Shown here: in pieces, positions 21,358 through 32,136 of the stretch
How positions within the stretch are numbered: the stretch's first letter is position 1
Layout of the letters: each line of letters starts with the position of its first letter
DNA from: Candidatus Gorgyraea atricola
Lineage (GTDB): Bacteria; Omnitrophota; Gorgyraeia; Gorgyraeales; Gorgyraeaceae
DNA: 64,000 bases
Direction of reading: 5' to 3'
NCBI GenBank assembly: GCA_030765235.1
Contig: JAVCCW010000010.1
Location: 94,907-158,906, forward strand
Notes under the pieces: generated by a model
What the model saw: only the letters and a program-made list of their open reading frames with translations
The model's database searches: none
What the model was told of the DNA's origin: nothing
Made by a program: the position numbers and the translations under genes

Positions 21358-22295
21358 TATGCCGGGACTGGAACCTTCTTTAATATATGACTTACTATGT
21401 CTTTCGCTGCGAGGCCGCGGACTATTGAGCGCGGCTGGAGTATTATCCTATGCCTTAATACAGGGAGCGCTAATTTTTTTACATCATCAGGTATTACATA
21501 ATCTCTTTTATCAAGAAAGGCCAAGGCCCTTGCAGTACGCATAAGCGCGAGTGACGCGCGAGGACTTGCGCCAAGCTTTATATCGCCTGGCAATTCTCTT
21601 GTCGTGGAAATGATCTTTACGATGTACTCTGTGATACGCGGCTCTATATGAAGAGACATCACTGCCTTCTGCAAATCAATAATATCCTGTACACTCACAA
21701 CGCTCTTAAGGGTATCCAGGGGCGACTCTTTCACGTTTCTGGTAAGGATCTTTACCTCTTCCTGATTAGAGGGATATCCTACTGCAAGCTGCATAAGGAA
21801 CCTGTCGACCTGGGACTCCGGGAGAGGGTATGTGCCGTGAAACTCTATAGGGTTTTGAGTAGCTATAACAAAAAACGGTTCAGGCAATTTCCTCAATACG
21901 CCGTCAACAGTGATCTTAAACTCCTGCATGGCTTCTAAAAGCGCAGACTGGGTCCTCGGAGTAGTACGGTTTATTTCATCGCCGAGTACTATATTTGCAA
22001 ATATAGGGCCTTTTCTGAATTCAAATTCTCCTGTCTTCTGATTGTATATAGAAACGCCTGTGACATCAGACGGCAAAAGATCTGGCGTAAACTGGATCCT
22101 TTTAAACTCGGCATCTACTGACTTTGAAAGGGATCTGGCAAGCATTGTCTTGCCAAGACCAGGCACATCTTCTAATAGCACATGGCCATTAGCCATAATG
22201 CTGACTACGACAAACTCGATAACCTCTCTCTTGCCTACAATGACCTTTGAGATATTCTCAATTAATTTGTGGGGGATTTCATGAAGATCTGGCAT
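21357..22295 (-). CDS. MoxR family AAA+ ATPase
   Basis: LLEDVPGLGKT, RIQFTPDLLPSD, DEINR, ATQNP and GASPR motifs. Confidence 0.95.
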   Translation of the reverse strand: MPDLHEIPHKLIENISKVIVGKREVIEFVVVSIMANGHVLLEDVPGLGKTMLARSLSKSVDAEFKRIQFTPDLLPSDVTGVSIYNQKTGEFEFRKGPIFANIVLGDEINRTTPRTQSALLEAMQEFKITVDGVLRKLPEPFFVIATQNPIEFHGTYPLPESQVDRFLMQLAVGYPSNQEEVKILTRNVKESPLDTLKSVVSVQDIIDLQKAVMSLHIEPRITEYIVKIISTTRELPGDIKLGASPRASLALMRTARALAFLDKRDYVIPDDVKKLALPVLRHRIILQPRSIVRGLAAKDIVSHILKKVPVPA

Positions 22296-22314
22296 GTGTT
22301 CCTCCTGTTTTTAG

Positions 22315-22420
22315 CGAAGGTTTCGTAAGGTTGTGTGAGGTTTCGTTAGGTTGCGTAAGGTTACATTATTGCAACTTCACGAAACATTACGAAACTTTAC
22401 GCAACTTCACGCAACCTCCA
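22315..22420. repeat. Family B palindrome in the moxR 5' region
   Basis: GAAGGTTTCGTAAGGTTG... / ...GCAACTTCACGCAACCTCC decamer arms. Confidence 0.85.
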
Positions 22421-22438
22421 TAATATATAATTACACTA

Positions 22439-22467
22439 ACTATATCACAGCCATTAATTATTGTCAA
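22439..22467 (-). promoter_or_regulatory. sigma70-like promoter for the moxR operon
   Basis: TTGACA-17-TATAGT on the minus strand. Confidence 0.6.
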
Positions 22468-22477
22468 AAAATAAAAA

Positions 22478-22515
22478 CCCCGTTCCAAATTCTTAATTAA
22501 GAATTTGGAACGGGG
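22478..22515 (-). terminator. perfect 38-bp palindrome, likely groESL terminator; same sequence as the inner stem of the 13.2-kb hairpin
   Basis: CCCCGTTCCAAATTCTTAA|TTAAGAATTTGGAACGGGG followed by a U-tract on the minus strand. Confidence 0.7.
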
Positions 22516-22546
22516 CACGGCCCGCGAGTTTGCGCGAGTTATCCAC

Positions 22547-22578
22547 ATTGTAGGTGACCCTTAAGGGTCACCTACAAT
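22547..22578. repeat. GTAG-type REP-like perfect palindrome
   Basis: ATTGTAGGTGACCCTT|AAGGGTCACCTACAAT. Confidence 0.75.
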
Positions 22579-22592
22579 TAGTTGTTTGCGTA

Positions 22593-24342
<1,750 letters not shown>

Positions 24343-24358
24343 CCATTCTAGTTATATT

Positions 24359-24646
24359 TTATTTAAGTATAGCCAGGATGTCTTCTTCCCTTAAGATAAT
24401 GTATTCCTGGTCATCGTGAGTTATTTCATTGCCAGCGTATTTCCCAAAAAGCACCTTGTCGCCCTTTTTTACCTCTAAAGGCTCTACCTTGCCGCTCTCC
24501 AATACCTTGCCCTTGCCAGCAGCAACTACTTCACCCTTCTGCGGCTTTTCCTTTGCAGTCTCTGGCAGCAAAATGCCACCCTTTGTCTTCTCCTCAGCTT
24601 CGAGACGTTTTACCAAAACCCTGTCTCCTAATGGTTGTATTGCCAT
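24359..24646 (-). CDS. groS: co-chaperonin GroES
   Basis: [25 protein letters not shown] and VLFGKYAG motifs. Confidence 0.98.
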   Translation of the reverse strand: MAIQPLGDRVLVKRLEAEEKTKGGILLPETAKEKPQKGEVVAAGKGKVLESGKVEPLEVKKGDKVLFGKYAGNEITHDDQEYIILREEDILAILK

Positions 24647-24673
24647 ACTTACACCCCCTTGTATTGTTTGTTG

Positions 24674-24700
24674 TTAGCACTCTATTTAGAGGAGTGCTAT
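24674..24700. promoter_or_regulatory. CIRCE element (HrcA operator)
   Basis: TTAGCACTC-N9-GAGTGCTAT, one mismatch to consensus, upstream of groES. Confidence 0.92.
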
Positions 24701-24712
24701 TAAGGAAGTACT

Positions 24713-24741
24713 ATAATAAGCCAATATCAATTTCTTGTCAA
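24713..24741 (-). promoter_or_regulatory. sigma70-like groESL promoter
   Basis: TTGACA-17-TATTAT immediately upstream of CIRCE. Confidence 0.72.
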
Positions 24742-24748
24742 GGATTTT

Positions 24749-25405
24749 TTATCTGGATTCAAAAGAGATGATTACGTTGAAGGTGATCTGGTATTGGCTC
24801 ATGCCTTTGGGGAATGATGGGAATGGGCTGGCATCTCTTACGCTATTTATGGCGATCTTTCTTAGTGTTGGACTTCGCGCAGATCTTTCATCTATTACCT
24901 TGACCAAAAGCAGCTCGCCGCTTGAGGCAACCACAAAGGATAAAAACACCTCGCCCCTGGCCAACCTCTTTCTACGCGGGTAATTCTTGTCCGCATACTG
25001 TCTTATCTTCTCCCTAACCGAGCGGTAATAGCTTATGTATGTTGCCTTTTTAGCATCGTCCTTCTCTTCCTCAATTACCTTTTCAAAGCGCTTCTCTTTT
25101 ACCTCCACCTTCTTATGCGCTGCAACACGCCTCGGCTTCTTCTGCGCAACCTGCTTCTTCTTTACAGCGATCTTCTTTGGGGGCTTAGCTATCTCTTCCT
25201 TTTTTATGTCAGGGAGTTTCTTTGCAATTGGCTCAACTACCTTTTTAACCTTTGGCGCTTCCTTTATCTTATAATACGCGATCTTTATACTCTGCAAAGA
25301 CCTCTTGCTCGGCATAATCGGCATATGCGGCAGTCCCAAGAAAAAGACAGAATGAGCCACTACAGAAACTAAAAGTGATATTTGAAAAGTCTTATTCTCC
25401 GACAT
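24749..25405 (-). CDS. TonB/TolA-like energy transducer
   Basis: N-terminal TM with SVVAH, Lys/Pro-rich linker and TonB_C-like domain (NYP...GEVFLSFVVASSG...ASPFPSFP). Confidence 0.8.
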   Translation of the reverse strand: MSENKTFQISLLVSVVAHSVFFLGLPHMPIMPSKRSLQSIKIAYYKIKEAPKVKKVVEPIAKKLPDIKKEEIAKPPKKIAVKKKQVAQKKPRRVAAHKKVEVKEKRFEKVIEEEKDDAKKATYISYYRSVREKIRQYADKNYPRRKRLARGEVFLSFVVASSGELLLVKVIDERSARSPTLRKIAINSVRDASPFPSFPKGMSQYQITFNVIISFESR

Positions 25406-25413
25406 GTGTATCT

Positions 25414-25442
25414 ATAATAACAAGTGTTTACTCTTTTGTCAA
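25414..25442 (-). promoter_or_regulatory. promoter just upstream of the TonB-like gene (leaderless candidate)
   Basis: TTGACA-17-TATTAT with TG extension, 8 nt before ATG, no SD sequence. Confidence 0.5.
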
Positions 25443-25450
25443 ACGCGAGA

Positions 25451-27445
25451 TTAAAACTTATAACTCGCGCCCATCTCAAAGTTACGCTCTGGCGCGGGGT
25501 AATAGTCTTTTTTATTTGAACTCGAGCTCTTGGCAGCGTATGTGAAATATTTCTCATCGAATATATTATTAATGCCTGCGTAAATCTCCAAGGAATCCTT
25601 ACCATAGGAAAGCTTACTATCCAACGTAAAAAAATCCTTCATCTTGGTCGTCTCATTCCTTGTGTCATTAATAGCATAGCGCTCGCCAACATATCTTCCT
25701 GTCAAAGAAAGATTGTAATCCTCATAAAGCTCAGCTCTCAAACTAACCACAGCCTGATGCATGGGAGTCATCGGTATGTCATTGCTGCCATAGTCGCCGC
25801 CCTTGAATTTTGCCTGCTGACATGTGTAATTTGCATGCATAAAAGCTTTATCTACATAAGGCAAGTCTATGAAATTCGACAAGTCCAGATCTACTCCCAA
25901 CTCAACACCCTTTCTTCTTGTCTTATCATAATTTTCATTTTGACCCGGCGAGGGATAAGGATTCACGTATATCTCATCCTTTATATCTATCCAATACGGC
26001 GTAACTGTAACTATCACTATATCGTCAAAATTATGCCTGATACCAACTTCATATTGCGTACCTGTCTGCTGTCTGAGATTGGTATTTAATCCTGACCAGG
26101 TGCTATACCATTCATCAGTAGCAAGAAATCTAAAACTCTCCTGCATGCTTAAATGCAGGCTAGAATCATCAGAATATTCATATTTAAGGCCAGTCATAAA
26201 TACGGACTCTGTTGGCTCTTTTGTCTCACGCCGCACAGTAGACGCACGCTGATCAAATATATATTCTGCCTTTTGATATCTCGCCCCGCTGTTTATAAAA
26301 AGATTCTTGAACATCTCGTATTCTGAATAACCGTAAAAGCCTATCTCTTCCTTAAATATAGTAAGGTCATCTGAATTCCATTCACTGCCCTTGATTATAT
26401 TTTCAATATCATAATAGTCCGTGCCAATAACAAAATTCAGCTCTTGATCGCCAATGCTGCCATCGTATGTATATTTTATAGTAGCGCCTTCTGTATCTAT
26501 CATGTATTTCTGCGCAGATGGCCAGCCTCCATAATTAAGCCATGAATAAGAGTCTCTGTTTCTGTAAAAGATATCTACGTTAAAATGCGCTGAATCCGTG
26601 ACATCAAACCACGGCCTTAGATCCAGCGACAGATTGACATATCTATCCTTTGTAGAAGCGAAATCACTCTCATCCGGCGACCCGCGCCTGCCATACTGCG
26701 TAAGCTCACCCTGATCATCAAGGCCTCCTGGCATGCCATAGTCATCCTCGTGCCATCCTGCTGTAAGCTCAAGCGATAGATCTTCTGAAAATTCATAACC
26801 CAGCTTTGTATTGCAATCCTTTGTATTCACATTACTATTTGATCTATAGCCATCACTATCGTAATGTTTCAAATATAAATAATGAGAAAACCCTTCTGTC
26901 TTTCCCGAAACTTCTACATCCTCTTGATAACTATCATAGCTCGCGCACATTACACCTGCTTTCCCTGATATGCCTGTGTTACCTTTTTTTGTTATGACGT
27001 TAACTACGCCACCTACTGCATTATCTCCATATAAAACTGAGCCTGTGCCCCTTATGACTTCTATTCTCTCTACGCTCTCCAGTGGTAGCTGCAGCCAATC
27101 AGGGCCTGATATATCTGCAGGATTGACCTTGCGGCCATTTACTAATAAAAGCACGTTTCTCCCAGCAGTATCTCCAAAACCCCTAATATCTACTGTTGCA
27201 GTCTTGGCGCTGCTATTGTCATAATAATGGATCCCTGCCTCTTCCTTTAATATATCTGCCACATTCTGGGCATTAGAGGATTCGATACTCTTAGAGTCGA
27301 TCACAGTAATGTTTGACCCTGTTTTATAATCCTCCTGGGCCATCCTTGTTGGCGTAACTACGATCCTTTCTAACTCCACGTTCTCTGCATAAACAAGCCC
27401 TGTTGATATAGCTAATGCCAATGCCAAAAAAGTTATCTTCATCAC
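25451..27445 (-). CDS. btuB: TonB-dependent receptor, probable cobalamin transporter
   Basis: TonB box ERIVVT, plug motif IEVIRGTGSVLYGDNAVGGVVNVIT, terminal Phe; preceded by a cobalamin riboswitch. Confidence 0.85.
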   Translation of the reverse strand: MMKITFLALALAISTGLVYAENVELERIVVTPTRMAQEDYKTGSNITVIDSKSIESSNAQNVADILKEEAGIHYYDNSSAKTATVDIRGFGDTAGRNVLLLVNGRKVNPADISGPDWLQLPLESVERIEVIRGTGSVLYGDNAVGGVVNVITKKGNTGISGKAGVMCASYDSYQEDVEVSGKTEGFSHYLYLKHYDSDGYRSNSNVNTKDCNTKLGYEFSEDLSLELTAGWHEDDYGMPGGLDDQGELTQYGRRGSPDESDFASTKDRYVNLSLDLRPWFDVTDSAHFNVDIFYRNRDSYSWLNYGGWPSAQKYMIDTEGATIKYTYDGSIGDQELNFVIGTDYYDIENIIKGSEWNSDDLTIFKEEIGFYGYSEYEMFKNLFINSGARYQKAEYIFDQRASTVRRETKEPTESVFMTGLKYEYSDDSSLHLSMQESFRFLATDEWYSTWSGLNTNLRQQTGTQYEVGIRHNFDDIVIVTVTPYWIDIKDEIYVNPYPSPGQNENYDKTRRKGVELGVDLDLSNFIDLPYVDKAFMHANYTCQQAKFKGGDYGSNDIPMTPMHQAVVSLRAELYEDYNLSLTGRYVGERYAINDTRNETTKMKDFFTLDSKLSYGKDSLEIYAGINNIFDEKYFTYAAKSSSSNKKDYYPAPERNFEMGASYKF

Positions 27446-27462
27446 ATTCCCTCCTTAAAAGC

Positions 27463-27498
27463 AAAAAACTCTTAATCCATTATAGTGGATTAAGAGTT
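27463..27498 (-). terminator. intrinsic terminator in the btuB leader (riboswitch expression platform)
   Basis: AACTCTTAATCCA/TGGATTAAGAGTT stem followed by a U-run on the minus strand. Confidence 0.75.
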
Positions 27499-27559
27499 GC
27501 ACCCTGTTTTCTTCACCCTTTATGACTGCCCTCAGCAGCTCCCTGTTATAGGGAAAAAT

Positions 27560-27720
27560 ATATTGTAAGGTTTTCTGACTTAAGGCCGTCTACTCTCTGC
27601 GCCTTCTCGTCCGCCCAAAGCGAACAATGGCTTATTGCAGATTTCGTAACCTATTACAGCAGCGGGGCTGCGCTGGACTCCCACCAGCTTCCCTTAAACA
27701 ACATAATATGAAATATTCAA
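27560..27720 (-). ncRNA. cobalamin riboswitch
   Basis: Minus strand reads AGGGAAGCTGGTG...TCCAGC...CCCCGCTGCTGTAA...GCCATTG...GAGAAGG...AAGTCAGAAAACCT (B12 box); ends approximate. Confidence 0.88.
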
Positions 27721-27730
27721 TTGTAAATAT

Positions 27731-27759
27731 TTTATACCCTAATTACTAAAACAAGTCAA
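27731..27759 (-). promoter_or_regulatory. promoter for the riboswitch-btuB transcript
   Basis: TTGACT-17-TATAAA on the minus strand. Confidence 0.55.
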
Positions 27760-27778
27760 CAAAAAAATACCTTTGCCG

Positions 27779-27807
27779 AAAAAGCCGAGGTCCAGCCTCG
27801 GCTTTTT
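27779..27807. terminator. family I hairpin acting as probable terminator after btuD
   Basis: AAAAAGCCGAGG-TCCAG-CCTCGGCTTTTT. Confidence 0.7.
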
Positions 27808-28579
27808 ACCGCCTCACCAAAAACACATGCGGCCGGGATGTCAGGGGATTTTCTTTGACAATGACCCGGGTCTTGTAGACCTCTTCTATTGTCTTGTAAT
27901 CAAGGACCTCGCTTGGTGTGCCTTGTTTTTTTATCCGGCCCTCGCTCAATAATATTAATCTATCGCAATAAAGCGAAGCTAAGTTCAGATCATGCAATAT
28001 CGCAACTACTGTCAATTTTGATTCCTTGTTCAGCTTCTTTAATAGTGAAAATGTCTCTATCTGATGGCTTATATCAAGGTGTGTGGTTGGCTCGTCTAAA
28101 AACAAAACCCTTGGCTTTTGCGCAAGTGCCTTTGCAATGACAACCCTCTGACGCTCGCCACCACTCAGCTCATCTATAAATCTATCCCTCAGGTGTATAG
28201 CATCCACTTCTTCCAGTGCCTTAAATGCGATCCTCAGATCATCCTGAGATTCAAATCCTAATCTGCTCAAATAAGGTATACGGCCCATCAAGACTACATC
28301 CAGCACTTTAAATGGGAACATAAACAGCGCGTCCTGCGGCACTACTGCTATCAGCTTTGCTATCTCTTTTAAAGGTGTATCCTTTAGCCTTTTCTTCTGC
28401 AAATATATCTCGCCCTTAAAAGGCTTTAGCACCTTTGTAGCAGTACGCAAAAGCGTTGATTTGCCTGAGCCGTTCGGGCCGATTATGCCAATAAAATCCC
28501 CAGGATCGACACTAAAGGTCACATCCTTTAGGACCTCAGTACTCCCGTAACCACTCGCGACATCTAAAAAGTAAAGCAT
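27806..28579 (-). CDS. cobalamin/iron-complex ABC transporter ATPase
   Basis: GPNGSGKST, LSGGERQR and LDEPTTHLD motifs. Confidence 0.92.
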   Translation of the reverse strand: MLYFLDVASGYGSTEVLKDVTFSVDPGDFIGIIGPNGSGKSTLLRTATKVLKPFKGEIYLQKKRLKDTPLKEIAKLIAVVPQDALFMFPFKVLDVVLMGRIPYLSRLGFESQDDLRIAFKALEEVDAIHLRDRFIDELSGGERQRVVIAKALAQKPRVLFLDEPTTHLDISHQIETFSLLKKLNKESKLTVVAILHDLNLASLYCDRLILLSEGRIKKQGTPSEVLDYKTIEEVYKTRVIVKENPLTSRPHVFLVRR

Positions 28580-28580
28580 A

Positions 28581-29552
28581 TTATCTAAAATATACCTTTC
28601 TGGTCCGTCTCAAGATAAATATAAAAAATGGTACACCCACGAACGCGGTAACGACTCCTACTGGGATCTCGGCCGGCGCCATCACAGTCCTTGAAAAAAG
28701 ATCACACACTAAAAGAAACGCCGCTCCTGTTAAAACAGAGCTCGGTATAAGCACTCTGTGGTCAGGCCCTACCAGTCTCCTTGTTATATGAGGCACCATA
28801 AGGCCCACAAAACCTATAATGCCGCACATGGAAACCACGACACTTGTGACCAACGCAGAAATAACCAGCAGTAGTTTTTTTACCTTATTGATATCCACGC
28901 CAAGATGCATTGCGTCTTCTTCTCCTAATGACAAGGCGTTTAATTCCTTTGCAAAAATGGCGGCTAATAATAAACCCAGGGCCACTGCTCCAGAAACAAT
29001 GGCTACATGTATACCTTTATATACCTGTAGATTACCCAGGAGCCACCACATAATAGAATGGACCTTTGCGCTGCTGGAAATAGAGACAAAAAACATCAAG
29101 AGGCTAGAGAATAACGCGCTTACTAATATTCCAGCGATGATCATGTTTTCAGTAGATAATCTATTGCCTGACCTTGCGATATTATAGACGATTATTATGG
29201 TCAGGATGCCGCCTAAAAAGGCCAGGCCATGCGAAGCCGCGACATGCGAAAAGAACAATAACCCTATAACCGCTCCCAGGCCAGAACCAGAAGATACGCC
29301 TAAGACATAGGGTTCTGATAGAGGGTTTCTCAATACACCTTGCAGGACTACGCCTGAGAGACTAAGCCCAGCGCCAGCTGCAATGGCCAGGATAACCCTA
29401 AATAGCCTCAATCTCATAATATCAGAATACTTCTGCAGAAATATCTCATCTATGGCTATTTTGACAGGGCCTATCAGCATGCCTAAGATAATCAGGACAG
29501 TGATAAATAAAAGCGAAGTCAGTATATAAGTCAGGGGTTTAATTCTTTTCAT
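28581..29552 (-). CDS. cobalamin/iron-complex ABC permease (FecCD/BtuC family)
   Basis: QGVLRNPLSEPYVLGVSSG and GIIGFVGLMVPH motifs. Confidence 0.92.
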   Translation of the reverse strand: MKRIKPLTYILTSLLFITVLIILGMLIGPVKIAIDEIFLQKYSDIMRLRLFRVILAIAAGAGLSLSGVVLQGVLRNPLSEPYVLGVSSGSGLGAVIGLLFFSHVAASHGLAFLGGILTIIIVYNIARSGNRLSTENMIIAGILVSALFSSLLMFFVSISSSAKVHSIMWWLLGNLQVYKGIHVAIVSGAVALGLLLAAIFAKELNALSLGEEDAMHLGVDINKVKKLLLVISALVTSVVVSMCGIIGFVGLMVPHITRRLVGPDHRVLIPSSVLTGAAFLLVCDLFSRTVMAPAEIPVGVVTAFVGVPFFIFILRRTRKVYFR

Positions 29553-30279
29553 AGAATATCTTGTTTAGTTCTTCGATAGCCAATATGATTCGCGGGCCTG
29601 GTCTTAAAAGGGTATCTGGATTAAAATCCGCATCTTTTGAAAAACTCGTCTTTATAATAATATCCGGATCCCTGTACAATAAAACCTCAGGGCTAAAAAG
29701 GCCATTGTCATCCTTTACATCCTGAGCTATATTATTACCACCTGCCAACCTCACAACATCTCCGATAAACGACGAACCAGTAACAAGCGGATCGTGAAAT
29801 AACTGTACAAAAACCTTGGGTCTATCTGCACCCTTTTTTACTGGTAGATTTTCTATGCGGGTCTTCATATCCTCTATGATAAAGCGGGCCTTATCTTCCC
29901 TATTAAATATCTTGCCAAGCATCAGCATCCTTCCGTGTAGCTCATCCATGCTTTTAGGTGACACCTTTATAATCTTCGCACCCCTTAGCCTTAAATAATC
30001 CATTAGATCAGCATCAAGATCAGCATTCACCAGGATATGGCTTGGCCTTAATAAAATTATCTTTTCTATATTTGGCCTATTAAAACTTCCGACGCGCTCT
30101 ATATCCAGGGCCTTTCTCGGATAATCTGAATACTCATCCACACCTACTACTGACTCGCCAAGTTCGAGGCTAAACAATATCTCCGTAGTATTCGGCGCCA
30201 GAGAAATTATGCGATATTCCCGAGCCATAGCCATGGATGCAATTAATAAAAATAGGCATAAAAATATTATCTTTTTCAA
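29539..30279 (-). CDS. cobalamin-binding periplasmic protein (BtuF-like)
   Basis: Signal peptide, RIISLAPNTTEIL, SDYP and LRPGPR motifs. Confidence 0.85.
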   Translation of the reverse strand: MKKIIFLCLFLLIASMAMAREYRIISLAPNTTEILFSLELGESVVGVDEYSDYPRKALDIERVGSFNRPNIEKIILLRPSHILVNADLDADLMDYLRLRGAKIIKVSPKSMDELHGRMLMLGKIFNREDKARFIIEDMKTRIENLPVKKGADRPKVFVQLFHDPLVTGSSFIGDVVRLAGGNNIAQDVKDDNGLFSPEVLLYRDPDIIIKTSFSKDADFNPDTLLRPGPRIILAIEELNKIFYEKN

Positions 30280-30800
30280 TACTCTATTCCTTTCCTCGCG
30301 CCAACCTTAGATCTAAAAGGATGTTTTTTATCTATCATTGCCGTCACATAATCCGCATGCTCTTCTATGCCAGAGATATCCCCTCTACCTGTAAGCACCA
30401 ACTCAAGTTCCTGTGGTACACTTTTTAATAATTTGAGGAATTTTTCCTTACTGAAAAACCCTTGATCTATAACATTTATAACTTCATCCAACACCACCAT
30501 GCCATACTTCTTGCTAAACATTACCTTTTCTGCTTCTTTGACCATTCTCTCGATAGCCTTTTTCACCTTCCCTTGTCCCTTGTCACTTGTCACTTGTCCC
30601 ATAAATAAAGGGTGACATTCCTCGCACTTCACAACCTCTATGCTTAACTCCTTAGCCGAAATCTCTTCCCCGCAAACCAGTTTCTCAGGCTTAAAAAACT
30701 GGAACACGCAGACCTTAAGTCCCTGGCCGCTCGCCCTCATTGCCAGGCCAAAGGCCGAAGTAGTCTTGCCTTTTCCATTTCCAGTATAAATATGTATCAT
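30276..30800 (-). CDS. cobO: cob(I)alamin adenosyltransferase
   Basis: IYTGNGKGKTTSAFG, VVLDE, ELVLTGR, KHPF and KGIEY motifs. Confidence 0.93.
   Translation of the reverse strand: MIHIYTGNGKGKTTSAFGLAMRASGQGLKVCVFQFFKPEKLVCGEEISAKELSIEVVKCEECHPLFMGQVTSDKGQGKVKKAIERMVKEAEKVMFSKKYGMVVLDEVINVIDQGFFSKEKFLKLLKSVPQELELVLTGRGDISGIEEHADYVTAMIDKKHPFRSKVGARKGIEY
30573..30600. repeat. in-frame heptamer run TTGTC(C/A)C x4 inside cobO
   Basis: Translates as GQVTSDKGQG. Confidence 0.75.
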
Positions 30801-30825
30801 CTTGGATTTTCTATCCTCTTCTTAG

Positions 30826-30957
30826 AAACTCTAAACACTAAACTCTAAATCCTAAACAAACTCAAAACACAAAACTCAAATGCCAAAACTGCAGTTTTGA
30901 GTTTTGGATTTGGGGTTTTGGATTTGTTTAGAGTTTAGGGTTTCGAATTTAGAGTTT
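30826..30957. repeat. Family D heptamer palindrome (AAACTCT/AAACTCA ... AGAGTTT)
   Basis: About nine units per arm around TGCA; same layout as family A, including the internal AAA(C/T)AAA break. Confidence 0.88.
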
Positions 30958-30964
30958 ATATTTA

Positions 30965-31477
30965 TCAAAATGCTGACCTACCTGCTATCGTCAGCATCGT
31001 TACTACTGTTGCTGCTATCAGGACGCCGAGGGTTGCGGCTATAAAGGTTGGCACAAAGTGTATGCGTAAAAGTGATGCTATGAGGCAGCCTGTCCACACG
31101 CCTGTGCCTGGGAATGGTATGCCAACGAAAAGCATAAGCCCCAGCGCTTCGTATTTCTCGATAAGCCCGGCACGCTTCTTTGCTCTTGCGAAAAGCCACT
31201 CGAAGAATTTACGCATGAGTTCGGTCTTGCCCAGTCTTTTAGAAATTGGCTCTAATAAAAAATATATCGGCGCTATTGGCAGAAGATTCCCTATCACTGC
31301 ATAAAAAAATACCAAATAAACATCCTGTTTGAGCAGTAGAACGCCTATAGGTATAGACGCCCTTAGCTCAGTAACAGGTAAGGTGCTTAACAATAAGATC
31401 GTTACTTTTGGAGATAATCCGAATGAATATAAGAAGTTGACTATTGCGTCTTGCATAGCATTTAAAAACGTCTCCAC
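30965..31477 (-). CDS. small multidrug export-like membrane protein (COG2426 type)
   Basis: LPVTELRASIP and FVGIPFPGTGVWTG motifs. Confidence 0.85.
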   Translation of the reverse strand: METFLNAMQDAIVNFLYSFGLSPKVTILLLSTLPVTELRASIPIGVLLLKQDVYLVFFYAVIGNLLPIAPIYFLLEPISKRLGKTELMRKFFEWLFARAKKRAGLIEKYEALGLMLFVGIPFPGTGVWTGCLIASLLRIHFVPTFIAATLGVLIAATVVTMLTIAGRSAF

Positions 31478-32133
31478 AGGGATTCATAGATGATAAGCTT
31501 TATAAATCTGAGCGTATCAAAAAAGGGATTGATCTGGCTGGATTCACTCCCGTAGATCGAATCTATATCCACAAACGTTATGCGCAAATTATGTCTTTTT
31601 GCCTCAAGGAGCATCTCTGATTCTATCTCATACTTTGTCGTCCTTAGATTCATTTTATCAATAGCGTTCCTGGACAGGAGCCTGTATCCGCATTGCGAAT
31701 CTTCCACCTTCTCCCCCAGGATAAGCGATATTATAAAAGACATAAATACATTTGTGCACCGCCTTACAAAAGGCATTTTCTTTGGATTGCGCATTCGATT
31801 GCCAAGTACAATATCCGCGCCTGATCGTTTGTGTTCTTTTATGAATTTATCGATCTCTGCAAGATCATGCTGGCCATCACCATCCATAGTGATGACAAAA
31901 TCACAGCCATTATCCAGGGCGTATTCCATGCCTTCTCTTATGCACCGGCCCTTGCCTACATTTTTAGAATGCACCACGAGCTCTGCCCCGAATTTATTCG
32001 CCTCTACAATAGTGTGATCACGTGAACCATCGTCCACGACCACGACCCTGAAATCCATTGTCCTGAGTTTCCTCACGATAGGACCAATAGTCCTTTTCTC
32101 ATTATAAGTTGGGATGACTATAAATACGCTCAT
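31462..32133 (-). CDS. GT2 glycosyltransferase (DPM synthase-like)
   Basis: IPTYNE, VVDDGS, MDGDGQH and DSQCGYR motifs. Confidence 0.9.
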   Translation of the reverse strand: MSVFIVIPTYNEKRTIGPIVRKLRTMDFRVVVVDDGSRDHTIVEANKFGAELVVHSKNVGKGRCIREGMEYALDNGCDFVITMDGDGQHDLAEIDKFIKEHKRSGADIVLGNRMRNPKKMPFVRRCTNVFMSFIISLILGEKVEDSQCGYRLLSRNAIDKMNLRTTKYEIESEMLLEAKRHNLRITFVDIDSIYGSESSQINPFFDTLRFIKLIIYESLWRRF

Positions 32134-32136
32134 AGA

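Noticed and set aside
22539-22547. Perfect DnaA box TTATCCACA as a sign of oriC
   Set aside because: Only one box was noticed, with no cluster and no dnaA/dnaN context
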